Assembly (NCBI RefSeq): GCF_964204645.1
Contig: NW_027437443.1
Coordinates: 53,739 to 117,738 of the forward strand
Direction of reading: 5' to 3'
Origin: Tubulanus polymorphus
Lineage: Eukaryota > Animalia > Nemertea
DNA: 64,000 nucleotides
Part shown: positions 38,412 through 50,200 of the stretch, one piece after another
Layout of the letters: every line of letters begins with the position of its first letter
How positions within the stretch are numbered: position 1 is the first letter of the stretch
The notes under the pieces: generated by a model
What the model was told of the DNA's origin: nothing
The model's database searches: none
The model's input: the letters and a program-made list of their open reading frames with translations, nothing else
Position numbers and translations under genes: made by a program

Positions 38412-39111
38412 ATTATGTTTTAAATAATATGAAGGTAACGATTTAGACTGCGACTCTAACTAATTAAACGTTCTAATTCAATATTTTTCTTTCACTTCAG
38501 AATCGGTTACTACTTAAAATCTATTATGGTGCTTATTCTTGTCAGTTTTGTTGCTCTCTATGTTGGGTCCGCTCCAAGGGAGTGGAGCGATGATAAATAC
38601 ATGTATTGCCAATGATAATTAAACCAATGAAGTTATTTGCACGTCAAGATAAATAGAAACAGTGGAAGTTTTGATACTGTAGGATAAACAGCGAAAATAT
38701 ATTTTGTAGTTCATTATTCTTCACTATTATATAGGTGTCTATTGTTGAATCAATGTAAATGATTAAATTATGTGAAAAATGTTTGATTTTTTTGTTTAAT
38801 TCATTAATAGAATCAGACTAGAATCTGTGCAATGTATTTTACACGATGAATAAATACGAGATTTTTTAAAAGGATAATTATAGAAATACTTTGTTATGAT
38901 GTGTTAATCATTTCCTCACATGTGTGAATTGGGAAATTGATAACAAGACATTTTGCCTAGTTCTTACAGCTACTCGTGATTCCGATGACAGCCACAAGAT
39001 TCTGTGATTAGGTGATTGTGCGTCATTTGGTTGATTTGAAGCTAGGCCTCATTTCTCTACTTAGCATATACAACTGAACAAAGCCTGGATCCTTGTGAGA
39101 ATAATGAGATA

Positions 39112-39387
39112 CAGGGGTGGTTCCTGGGGCAGACTTTGACAAAGTTAAGTATCCACCTAGCCACAAGGGTCCGGATAATTTTGAAATTTCAGTGCATTTA
39201 CGTACAATATCTAGGCACTTGAGGGACATTGACGAGTATATAAGCTAAAACTAAAACTGGATAACTGTTCTATTAGTTGTATTAGGGTGGAAAAAGTGCC
39301 CTGAAAAATATTTCCATCGTATTTTGAAAAGGGCACAGGAAGATGAGCACGCTGTGCACCTTGTACTGCCGTCTGGATCCACCCCTG
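39112..39387. mobile_element. MITE with CAGGGGTGG(A/T)TCC termini
   Basis: caggggtggttcctg pairs with ctggatccacccctg. Confidence 0.65.
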
Positions 39388-39635
39388 GGATGTCAAATCT
39401 AGAAGCTTTACATCTTGGCCGCCCTTACCTCAAACCGTCAAATTCAATACCATAACTAAAACTTGCTTTAGGTATAAAAACTAACCAAAATATCTTATGA
39501 AAACACATTGTATACTTAAAGAAAGTTATTGTGTTTATAATTTTCATCATTATCATCAAATGTTACTAAATACATCTTTCTGCATTATCGATTAAACATT
39601 TTTTCTACATGAAAGATCGGCGAAATCTCTTCTGA

Positions 39636-40535
39636 TCAAAGATCGTATCCAAGTTCTAATAACTCTTTACGCTTGGCCTTCGCGCGAAGAATAACCTCCT
39701 TGAACAATCGACAGTAAAGTTCGACGGCGACCGGCGTGTCGTCATTTCCGGGGACCGGGTACGTCACGTAACGCGGGTCGCAGTTCGAGTCGAGCACCGC
39801 GATACTCGGGATGTTTAATTTCGCCGCCGAAACGATCCCCGAATGCGGTTGAAACACCGAGGTCAACGTGCTGAGAAATACGCATAAATCCGGCAATCGA
39901 GTGATCGCACCGAACTGATTCGTCGAGTTCGTAAACGTACCCCCGCTCCAGTAACGACAGTGCGCGTATTCGCCGCATTCTTGAGCCGTTTTTTCGATTA
40001 ACGGCATCATTTGCCGATTGCGGCCGAGGAATAAAATGATTCCGTCTCGAAACGCGACGTGAGCCGCGAAATTCAACGCGTCTCTCAGCAACGACAGCGT
40101 CTGATCTAAATCGATAATATCGACGTCCTGGCGATTGCCATAAATGTACGGCAGCATGTACGGATTTCGCGTGCCGTATTTGTGACCGAGGTGCACTTTA
40201 CAAGCGAATAAATCGTTCAAGGTGACGAGCTTCTGCACCTCGAAAAAATCCTCATGCGCCAGAGGGTTGACGACTGCTTTATCCAGTCGCATATTTTCTG
40301 CCGTTTCTGATACCAGGCCATCTACAAAATCATAGAAATGAAGGGATTTGAAAATACAATTCATATTTTTCGAGTTAGTTGAGTCGCTCGATTGATCACA
40401 CAATCAATTAATGAAATTACCTGCTGCTGATGATGGGACTGTTTTACCAACTCCAACTGCTGTTGAACTTTCAATCGTCAACTTTCGGAACCAGGACTTA
40501 GAGATGCAAGCTCTACTTCGCATGAGTTTGTGCAT
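39636..40535 (-). CDS. MRPS2: Mitochondrial ribosomal protein uS2m; coding exons 40535-40421 and 40321-39636; 5' UTR exon donor near 41011
   Basis: DLFACKVHLGHK, IIDLDQT, YWSGGTFTN, RLPDL, IAVLDSNCDP and YPVPGNDD; the Arg/Ser-rich N-terminus MHKLMRSRACISKSWFRKL resembles a targeting peptide. Confidence 0.93.
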
Positions 40536-41140
40536 GATTTTTGATTATTTTTCTGGCCAACAACAAATTCCCAAATTCAATTCAATTTTAAACTTGCACC
40601 ATGTTGTGAGATAATCCTGGGATCCTCACTTGCCGCAATTCAATCCATTCAATTCATACTTTATTGATCCATGTCGAAACATTACAAAATCAGATATCTA
40701 AATCGATAATACCAGCATGCCACAGCTGAACGTCCTGCCTTATGAACTTTAATTTTCCCGATCACTCAGGATTTCATAATTTAGGAATTGAGGGATCCTT
40801 CCTATACATTGTACCTTAATGTTTGTTTTTTCTTTCTCACTTATTTTAAATTGCATGCTGTTTAATTGTTTTATTTGTTTCTATGATTATGTATATTGTG
40901 TTTACTTTATTGCCAATATTTGTAACTAATGCGTTTTCTTGTATACGTACGGAACGATTAAATGTTGAATTGAATTGTCCTGCCAAGCGTCCGAAGGTTC
41001 CGTGTACTTACTTCCTTGTTTACCGACTGTCCCTATCGTGTCGACTCTACTAATCGTTTTAAAGCCCGAAAGCTTGCATATCGGCTGAATATCGCTTCGT
41101 AAACCTTACAACCGTTGCCGAAATATTCAGAAGCTTCGTC

Positions 41141-41955
41141 ATGGATTTCATAATGCCCTACGTTCCTGATGCTATCCGAAAATTACCCACGCATATGGTA
41201 CGTGTACGTCGTGTACAACAAAAATTCAAATCAAAATTTATTGCGATTCCAACGAAATTAGTATGTCTACGATGCAATGATATTCTGCTTCCATATTGTC
41301 GACCCTAAAACGTTATGGCTGTATTATTTTCAGGATTTTGAAGGTCAGAAGAAAGCTGAGAAAATATTTCAGACCATAATTATACTTTTTGCGGTGAGTG
41401 GGTTTGAATCGTCTTTTTTGACTCCATACAAATCAATCATTTTGTCATTGGCCTAACAGAGTTCTTTTTGGGACATTTAAGAAAACTTTTGTCTTATCCG
41501 TTTTTGACTCATGTTGATCTTTGTCATTTTTCTATGAATTTCAGGTTGTTGGTTTTGTATGGGGCTACATCTGTCAACAGTTCTCACAAACAGTTTACAT
41601 TCTAGGGGCCGGATTTGCTTTGTCATGTTTAGTAAGTGCTTAGTGTAATTATACTAAACTCGTAGAGAGCCAGATGATTGGGGTCACTTTACTCTAATTA
41701 GAGTTTTATGGATCCAATTTGTAATTAAATCTATCTTGCAGTTAGGATGAAATTGGACCAAAGACATCAAAATTCTAATCAGTATGTAAATTACTCTACA
41801 TTGAAATCTCTCCTATGTTTCAGTTGACTTTGCCACCGTGGCCGATGTACAGGGTGAAACCTTTGACCTGGCAGAAACCACGCGAAATCAAAGAAGAAAA
41901 TGAACCTGCTCCATCAACGCAGCAAGTCTCTCAGAAAACGAAGAAGAAAAAATAA
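41141..41955 (+). CDS. SPCS1: Signal peptidase complex subunit 1 (SPC12); exons 41141-41197, 41334-41393, 41545-41631, 41824-41955
   Basis: PTHM/DFEGQKKAEKIFQTIIILFA/VVGFVWGYICQQFSQTVYILGAGFALSCL/LTLPPWPMYR..PLTW; absent from the ORF track because all exons are short. Confidence 0.95.
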
Positions 41956-43076
41956 ATCGAAACTAGTCACGTTTTAGGCTTAAGCATTTATTCAATAGAA
42001 ATAATTAAGCGCATATAAATCTGAGTGTGGGGTATGTGTTCGATCAAAATGACTACTTCAAAAACCACAGTCACCTCGGCCATTGTCGAGATTACCAGTA
42101 TATTCCTTTCGATACAGTGTTATCAATTGGAAGACTCTTTTCTGATGCGTGTTAGTAACGTTAATGGTTAAACGGTTTATAATTCTGGGCTAAGCACGTT
42201 TAATCGTCTAGCTTGTACAATATATCTAACTTATTTCGTTCGAAAAGCAAAAGGTTTCAATAAGTTCCCCGGGGTTAGCCAGCTGATTGCTTTGGACCAT
42301 AAATTATCTGACCATAAACAAATCGACTAAACTGTGGTTCTTGAAGACATTCATTTGTGGCGTGGCTGAAGATCCGTTTTATATGTTTTAAGTGTCAAAT
42401 ATTTATTAAAAGTGAAAATAAATTTGTATACATCAAATTTGAATGATAGAATTCTTACAGTTTTCTGTTGGATTCCAGTGATTTATTTGCAGTTTCCTCT
42501 AATAAAGAAGAATATTGTTTTTCTGATAGGATCAGCCAAGCTTGCAAAATGTGATAATGCGTTACATTCTCCTGGAAAACATTATATTTACTTGACAACC
42601 ATCTGAATTTCATCTGGATACGATTCAATTCAGGGCAGGTTACCGTCACCTCCCTGACAGATACACCTTCATCCTACTTCTAGTCCTATAGCAGGACAAA
42701 CAACGAAACAAAATAATCCTGCATCTCAGCGATGAAGAAATCGGCTTTACAAATATAATTTTATTTTCAAATAAGAACTTCAACGGTCAGGGACCAGTTG
42801 CTCAACGATTGGTTTGAGGTAACCTGGTTAACCAACCAATCTTTGAGCAACTGGCCCCCGGAATTTGATAAGAAAGTATTGACAATATAAAGCTTATTAT
42901 ATATATAATCAATGAACACTGACTTTAATGATATCATCTTGGTTGCAACTTTCAATAAAAAGACTAACTATAAGATCCTGTAAATTTGATGCGTAGGCTT
43001 TTCTACGTAAAAGAATTCACGTTCGTTGCTATCTAAAAATTGATCTCGCTTGGATATTTCCTTGCTGAAACTGTTG

Positions 43077-44256
43077 CTATTTCGTTGGAATATTTGAGAA
43101 CATAAGTTTTTGAACAGTTAAGATCACAAGAAAGCCACAGGCACTAGCCCAAATGGTTGTTTTAGTTGAACCTGCGGCATTGCAGTAATCAGTGTAACAA
43201 CAATAAGTAATTGTACCACTAACTGTGACTTTTTTACGTCCATCACAAATAGAAGCAGGTTGACATCCTTTACCACGTCCCGTTTTCTGAATTTTTAGAA
43301 GAGAGGAATATTTATTCCCCTAGGGATTTTATCGTCAATCAGGCTACTGCAAGAAAATCTGTTGTGCTTTGTCTACAATTGGCTGCGTCCTAAAAGAATG
43401 TTTCCGTTATTGGTAACGGCATTGGAAGAGTGCAACAATAGCCGCGATCACATGGAGACAATTTGGCCGGGGCCAATTGGCATTTCCGGTGCCAGTTGCA
43501 ATTCAAACGCAATCATTTGTCTGGTGCTAAAATTTGGCTCGGGCCTGGTCCGACGTTTTTGGTCGGGCCATGTTTGGCCCGGTCCAAACATGTTCGGGCC
43601 CATTTGGCACCCATGTGAACAGTTGTTCCGGGCAAAAATGCTCGTTTGGTCGCGGCTAATGATACGATTCGAGATCTGTAGGCTGAGTATATATACGCAA
43701 TATTTTTTCGTCATTATCAACTATCAAGATTATGATGATTTTGTATAGATACATGTTTTATTGTATAATGGCTTTCGATAGCGTTGTACACCCCTGAGGA
43801 CCGCCAAGCTGAGATACGTACCCCACATCCACCATTAGCTAATGGTAAACACGGTAATTTCTTAGCGTACCTGCCTTGACCAATCCAGCAATTTTTTACT
43901 GCACCACTACACGTACCTACGATGAATGCAGTATATCTGATTAAATTAATTATGCCATGTCACTGGTTGGTGCTTCTTGTGTCCAGGATATAGATTCTAG
44001 AAATCCACACTGCATCAACATCCTTCAAGTCACTAGGCTCTATTTCGAGTTTTATACGTACAGCAGCAATTTTTCTAAGCCAATGATAGAGAATCTTAGA
44101 CGTAAAACTTCATCTCGTTTTCGCTGGACATTAAATCACAAATGACTTCTCTGATTTTGTTCATATCTAATCTTACCAAATATTGTATCAAAGGATCTTA
44201 CCTGCAAGTACTGCAACGATCACCGGTACAACTGCGAAATAAAGATTGTATTTCAT
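43077..44256 (-). CDS. GPI-anchored Ly6/uPAR (three-finger) protein, copy A; exons 44256-44202, 43916-43822, 43286-43077
   Basis: Signal peptide MKYNLYFAVVPVIVAVLAG; 8-Cys domain NCW...PC...GCGK..KGC...IC...YCCYTDYCN; then AAGS and a hydrophobic tail. Confidence 0.85.
43440..43657. mobile_element. MITE AGCCGCG...CGCGGCT with internal tttggcc(c)gg repeats, inserted only in Ly6 copy A intron 2
   Basis: TIRs are flanked by AAT on both sides; the paralogous intron near 46575-46590 is an empty site. Confidence 0.8.
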
Positions 44257-44971
44257 TTTGCTCCTTAAACTACAATCTGTACTGATTCTACGCCCTGTTT
44301 CCCGGGGACCATATCGGCCTTATAATTTAGATGGAGCGTGTGATGACGCAGGGATGACGAAATAATTTAGCATAAAAGGCCGTACGCGAGAAAAAATTTG
44401 TGTTAGGCATAATGTCAATATTAGAAACCGATATTTAGCGGTATTTTACTGTGACAAACCATATAACTTAAGAAGAGGAGACGGGAGAGTCAATGGTTTT
44501 TTAAAAAATGCGATCTGTTTACACGTTAACTCGCAAGTTACATTTCTCACCCGAGAATTTTCATTAACATAAATGAAACTACTCATTATGGTTGCCATGG
44601 TGATGGTATCGAATGCGGTACAACAGTGTTAGAAAACCTTTGGACTGCACGACAAAAATGAACACAGAAACTGAAAATGTATGTGGCAGGACATAAATCT
44701 GTTTTTTATAGTAATTTCTCGCTGTATTAGTCCACCAGGAGTTAACTTCATCCTCGTCTGCCAATTCAGGCTGGTTGGATTATGATATTGTTTGATTGTT
44801 TACACGAACCTGAACGAGAAATAAATATGTACGTCGATTTAGATTTGTGAAAAATCCGTCAATTCACAAACTGTATCTGTACTTTTGAACCGTAGACAGC
44901 TCCAGCTGCCAGATGAAGAACTGCGAAAAAAATTTCGATTCAGGGAATTGAAAAAATTCAGGAATAAATGA

Positions 44972-45192
44972 AATGAAATTACTTCACATGGAAATCTTTG
45001 CGATATTTCAGTTAACATTGCCCCCGTACCCCATGTACAGGGTGAAACCTTAGAACTGGCAGAAACCACGCGATATCAAAGGAATTGAACCTGCTTCATT
45101 TTATCAAACGCAGCGTCACAGATAAACGAGGGAAAAATAATAAACTAGTCACATTTTAGGCTTAAGCATTTATTCAATAGAAAGAATTAAGC
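44972..45192 (+). pseudogene. SPCS1: Duplicated, stop-disrupted SPCS1 last exon and 3' UTR
   Basis: Acceptor retained; from 45012 it reads LTLPPYPMYRVKP*NWQKPRDIK versus LTLPPWPMYRVKPLTWQKPREIK; the downstream UTR also matches (offset 3188 bp). Confidence 0.85.
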
Positions 45193-46230
45193 ATAAATGA
45201 ATAATAGTGCGTTGCGGTGGGATATAAAATGTATGTCGTTGTACAACAGATGCTTTGAAAACTTCTCTGAATACATCAATATAAGTATTTGAACATTGAT
45301 TTTAATGTGTCCCTGCTACCAAAGCGCCTCTCTGAGACCGTTATATCCTATTTCTGGCCCTGGGCAAACAACAGGTGGAAAATAAGGGCTACACCTGAGC
45401 GATCGGATTTACTATTAACAGATACTTTTATAGTATCTGTTTGATCATGGATTCTAAAACGAAGTCGTATTAGAGTCCATGGTTTGATGGAATTACATTT
45501 TCAGTACTTTAACAGGTAATTTAATAAGAGAAAATAAATTGGCAGTTGTAACACCACCATTGGTACACAATAAAACACAATAAAACAAATGACATCAACT
45601 ATTACATGTATTTCTCTGAATTCACTACATACGATCGATACGGCACTTCCAAAGTACCGTACTTGTGTGGTGTCGAAATCCCCAGAATACCGCGCTTATA
45701 GAGCTTGATTGGGGGCCTTTTTAATAGCTCGGTGGTTTAAGGGGTAGACCTATTCAACTGTCATTTCGGAGGAAATTATTTTTTGCTAAATTCCCTTAGT
45801 GAGATAAAATCACTTTTTGAAGGAAGAGGGACCTGTCGATAGGGCAATGTACATAACAAACAAATGATTCTTGGAAAGTTCGAATTCTGCACACTGCAAT
45901 TAAAAAGAACGTCACGTTTTTCAATTTTGTTCATCATTCAAGCCAGGATTCCCATTTTGATGAAAAAATTGTGAACATTTTTTTGTTTTGCTTATTTATG
46001 CACCGTATTCGTTCCACGGATGGGAATAAAAGAAAATAAGATTTACTTTTATTTGAGTTCTCTTCAAATTTCGGAGGTGGTTCCAGTAAACCAGCTATCA
46101 ACACAAAGGCCTCGCGTTCACACCAGATTCGGTACTGTTTATAAGTTATTGAAAGTTAACGTCAAAAAATATGAATACTGCTGCTATAAATATGATCAGT
46201 GAAAAACGAGTAAAAACTGGAATGTTTAGT

Positions 46231-47294
46231 TTAGGACATGAGTTTTTGAACAGTTAAGATCACAAGAAAGCCAAAGGCACTAGCCCAACTGAATGTTGTA
46301 GTTGAACCTGCGGCATTGCAGTAATCTGTGTAACAACAAAAAGTAGTTTGCTGACCAGCTGTGATCGTTGTACTTCCATTGCAAATCAATGCAGGTTGAC
46401 ACGATTTAGCATCTCCTGGTTCCGTTTTCTGAATATTAGAAAAGAGGAATATTATGCCACTAGCGATTACTACAATCATGCAGAATAGTTGAAGAAAAGT
46501 TGTGCTTTGTCTACCATTGCCTATAAGCATAATTCAAGATACAGTTTCCGTTATGGTATAACAACATCGAGAAAGTGAAAAAAATGATGAGTTTCAAAAT
46601 TTGGAAGCACGGTTAAAGAATATAATATTTTTTTGTCATCACCAAATAGAAGCATTTTGTATATCTAATTCGTATAATGGCTTTCGGTAGCGAATTGCGT
46701 GTTACCCCCTGAGGAATGCCGCATCCACAGTCTGTGGTAGTTACGTACCGCACATCCACCATTAGCAATTGGTAAACATGGCGCCTTCACAGCTTTGCTG
46801 CCTTGACCATTCCAGCAATTTCCTACTGCACCACTACACGTACCTACACAATAACAATGAATTCAGAGAATATCAATGATCTGATCAAATTTTACTAATC
46901 TATTCATTTTTTGTGTCGCATGGGGACTTCGTGTCTGCAGGATGTTTTAGAAATTCACTTTGTACCAATCTCTTTGTCCTCAAGGCTTGGGAGTTCGAAT
47001 TTTCATACAGCATGCAGGCATAGGATTTCTTCTGTGCCAACCATGAACTCATAAACGTAAAGCCTCATCTCGTTTTCGCTGATATTTACCATGGACTCTA
47101 GTCCATGCATTAACCATGAATGATTCCTTATTCCCATTTGGGAGTATTTCTTACTAGGCCTGGGATCTCAGGTGGAAATCGTGGACAAAAGGATTCTGTC
47201 CGTATTGATATCAATCTTACCAAAAAATAGGGGCCTTACCTGTAAGTACTGCAATAATCACTAGCACAACAGCGAAATAATGTCTGTATTTCAT
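46231..47294 (-). CDS. GPI-anchored Ly6/uPAR (three-finger) protein, copy B; exons 47294-47240, 46843-46749, 46428-46231
   Basis: Same exon sizes (55 and 95 nt) and Cys pattern as copy A; ends FCCYTDYCNAAGSTTTFSWASAFGFLVILTVQKLMS. Confidence 0.87.
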
Positions 47295-50200
47295 TTTGCT
47301 CCAATCTGTTATGATTCTATATGGCCTGGTTGCCAGGTAGCGTATTGGACTTGTATTTTGTATTAATTATAACGATGACGTGTAGGATGACGATATCAAT
47401 ATGCAAAAAGGTCCTTACCGTGCGGGAAAAGCATAATGTCAATATTAGAAACCGATACCTGGCGGGGCGTGGTAGCTATAGTCCATGGCTTGCGCAAATA
47501 TATTCTTGCCGCTGATTATCGGAGTGGTTGTTTTTGTCAATCATTAATATATACTTTAAAGAAATACGTGATTGATTCTAAAATTATAAATTTTCTGTGC
47601 ATTCATGCTCAAATATTCTCTTAATTTCACTAAATCTGGTGACCTTGTTGATAGTTAAACCATAGATTTTAGAAGAGGAGACGGGAGAGTATATAGTATT
47701 ATGGTAAACTCTCCAATACAAATGCCAAATGGAGAAAAAGAGGATCTGGTCAACAAAAAAAAAACAATTGTTGTGGCGGTCTTGAGGTATCTATTGTTTC
47801 GATAATTTACACCATTTTTGAAACAAAAGTTTTGATTAAATTTCAATTAGCTTTGCAGTCCCGCGCTTGATAAACTTAATTTGTACACCATTTTAGGAAA
47901 TGAAATGCAGATATTTGCCGATGATTCTTTGTTTTTTTGTTGCAACAATATGAAAGCAGTGACGACGTGAACCCAAGGCATATTCTAACCTCTAGTAAAA
48001 AAGATCGCGATTTTAATTGATTAGTAAATATCTAAATATCTCTTAAAGCTACATTTCTCATTTTACAGTGGTTAAAGAGCATTATTTGCAATTTGGGTCT
48101 TCTTACCTGACAACTGATCTGTAACCGCTTGAGTTTGAGGTTACGCGCCAAAGGGGTCTCCTACTGCGCATCACCATTTCACTGAACATTGAGATCTGCG
48201 CGAAAGGAAATAAAGATTTTATACAGGTTTGTTATTATTCATATTGCTTCCTATGGTTATGCGATACCTTTTCGCATGGTTGAAAGTAAACTTTGCCAGT
48301 GCTTTGAAACTTTAGTAGCGGGCCAAACCGGATGCCGAAACCAAGCTAAACGAATGCTCCCGCCAAATACAGTAAAACGAAGCGAATTTTAAAATCTAAA
48401 ATCTTGCCATGGAAAATGTGAAGGTATTGAATGGAATTTTAAAGATTTGTTTTCGCAAATCTCAATGTTTAATTCACCTAGCGAATGATTTTCATTCGTT
48501 CATATAATGAACTCATTAACTGTCAGGCATGACTGGAAGTGAAACCTCCATTGAGACTGTCCGAATACGCTGATCTGCGCATTCATGGTATTTTTGGTAT
48601 AACGTATATTCACAACTCTACTGAACTCTCGTTGTGACAATATTGGAATACAGGGCAAATACCTCTAATTATAGATGAAATATCTTTAAAACTTCAGATT
48701 CAGACATTTTGCCTGAAGTCATACACTGACTATATTTGGTTCATTAAGTAAAGATAGTACTCGTAATTATCATTAAGTGTGCAATCCATGATTTTGTCTG
48801 CCTCGTCTAGACGATTCTTTGTGATTCCTATATAGGTACAGTCAGGGGGTATATAGGCGGCTGCCATACTCAATTATGCCTCCAGGGCTTGCTTCGTATG
48901 TTTTAGCAAGAAACCACCTGGATATTTGTCCTCCTTTTCTAATAATTAGTGACACAATCAATACATAATCTAGCCCGAAAGGCCTGTTCAGTGTGAATCC
49001 ATCCATTGTACAGTACATGAGCCACTAACGCTTATAATTTCCAAAAATAATACATGTACACGTTTATATAAATATTCATGTTCAAATCATTCAACCACTA
49101 CAAACCTATGAACATTTTGAAAACTTAATTACTCAACAAAGTGTGAGCTATAAAAATAACTTGGGCGTACATAAATTGATTTTAGATTGCACGGTGATTT
49201 GATTCCGACTGAGTCGTCTGCAAGCAGCTGCCACTTGTCTAATCAGTGTAATTAATCCTGTTGCTTATTATACAAATATCATATGTCAGTTTTGTTTGTA
49301 TTTGAGTAGTTAGAATAATACATGCGTTCTTGATTGAGAAAATAATTCCGCTTACTCCACATGAGGGTTTGCGTGACAGTTAAAAGGCTTGTTTTTATAA
49401 ATGCTTTGCAGCCCCGAAAACTTAACATTATATGACCAGCTACTTATGAGAACAACATTTCCGTCAGGATTATAGGACATGTTGGATGTACAGAAAACAG
49501 GTAACTTCATTTTAGATGGAATTGCTAACATGTATCATTAACTCTTCAAATGGAATCAATTAACAATTTTCATTGCATCCCTGTCGAAAATTCTGTGGAA
49601 AGATTTTGAAACGGTGCTAACAAAACTTCCTGCTATATATGGAAAAAAATTAATTGTCAATGTTTTGTCCAAATTAGGCCTATAAATGTAACTTTTAATT
49701 TCGATGTACAATAATTTCCCCTCTTTGGTGTGGGGGTCCATATGTGCGCCATTACGATTCGTTAATCTATTAAGAGTGCAATATTAGAAAGTGTCTTAAT
49801 TCAACGAGATTCCTTGGTCATGATATTGAACAAACACTTCGGTTAGAAGCCCCGCATTAGCGGATTAATATTAGGACAAACGTTCGTTTGGCAATGATCA
49901 ATGCATTTAATGTGATACAATGAACTGCTTATACATCCTTCTTCTCCGGATTTTGCTATGTAAATCTCTTGTGTCACAGGTTTTGATTCTTTTATATCAA
50001 GAGTTTGCTTTTCATAAGATTAGAAGCGCAAAGCTTGAAAATAGCCACCGATTCCATCCTTTGATTGGGTTTAAGATTTAAGTACAGACTTTTAAAAGAT
50101 TTTAGTAGATCGTTATATTTTAGCAGTAGAATGTTTGGTTTCGAAACGTGTTATCACCTGCCAACAGTGTCAGATGTCAAAATATCAGTCTTCTGTGATT

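Noticed and set aside
39636-40403. Bacterial rpsB by horizontal transfer or contamination
   Set aside because: The gene has spliceosomal introns and a targeting-like N-terminal exon; it is nuclear MRPS2.
13549-41955. Functional clustering (DCAF17 and FBXW5 as CUL4-DDB1 receptors; SSR3 and SPCS1 as ER translocon partners)
   Set aside because: Plausibly chance among housekeeping genes; no shared regulatory element was seen.
43362-43748. 128-aa and 90-aa ORFs in Ly6 copy A intron 2
   Set aside because: They arise from the GC-rich internal repeats of the MITE at 43440-43657.
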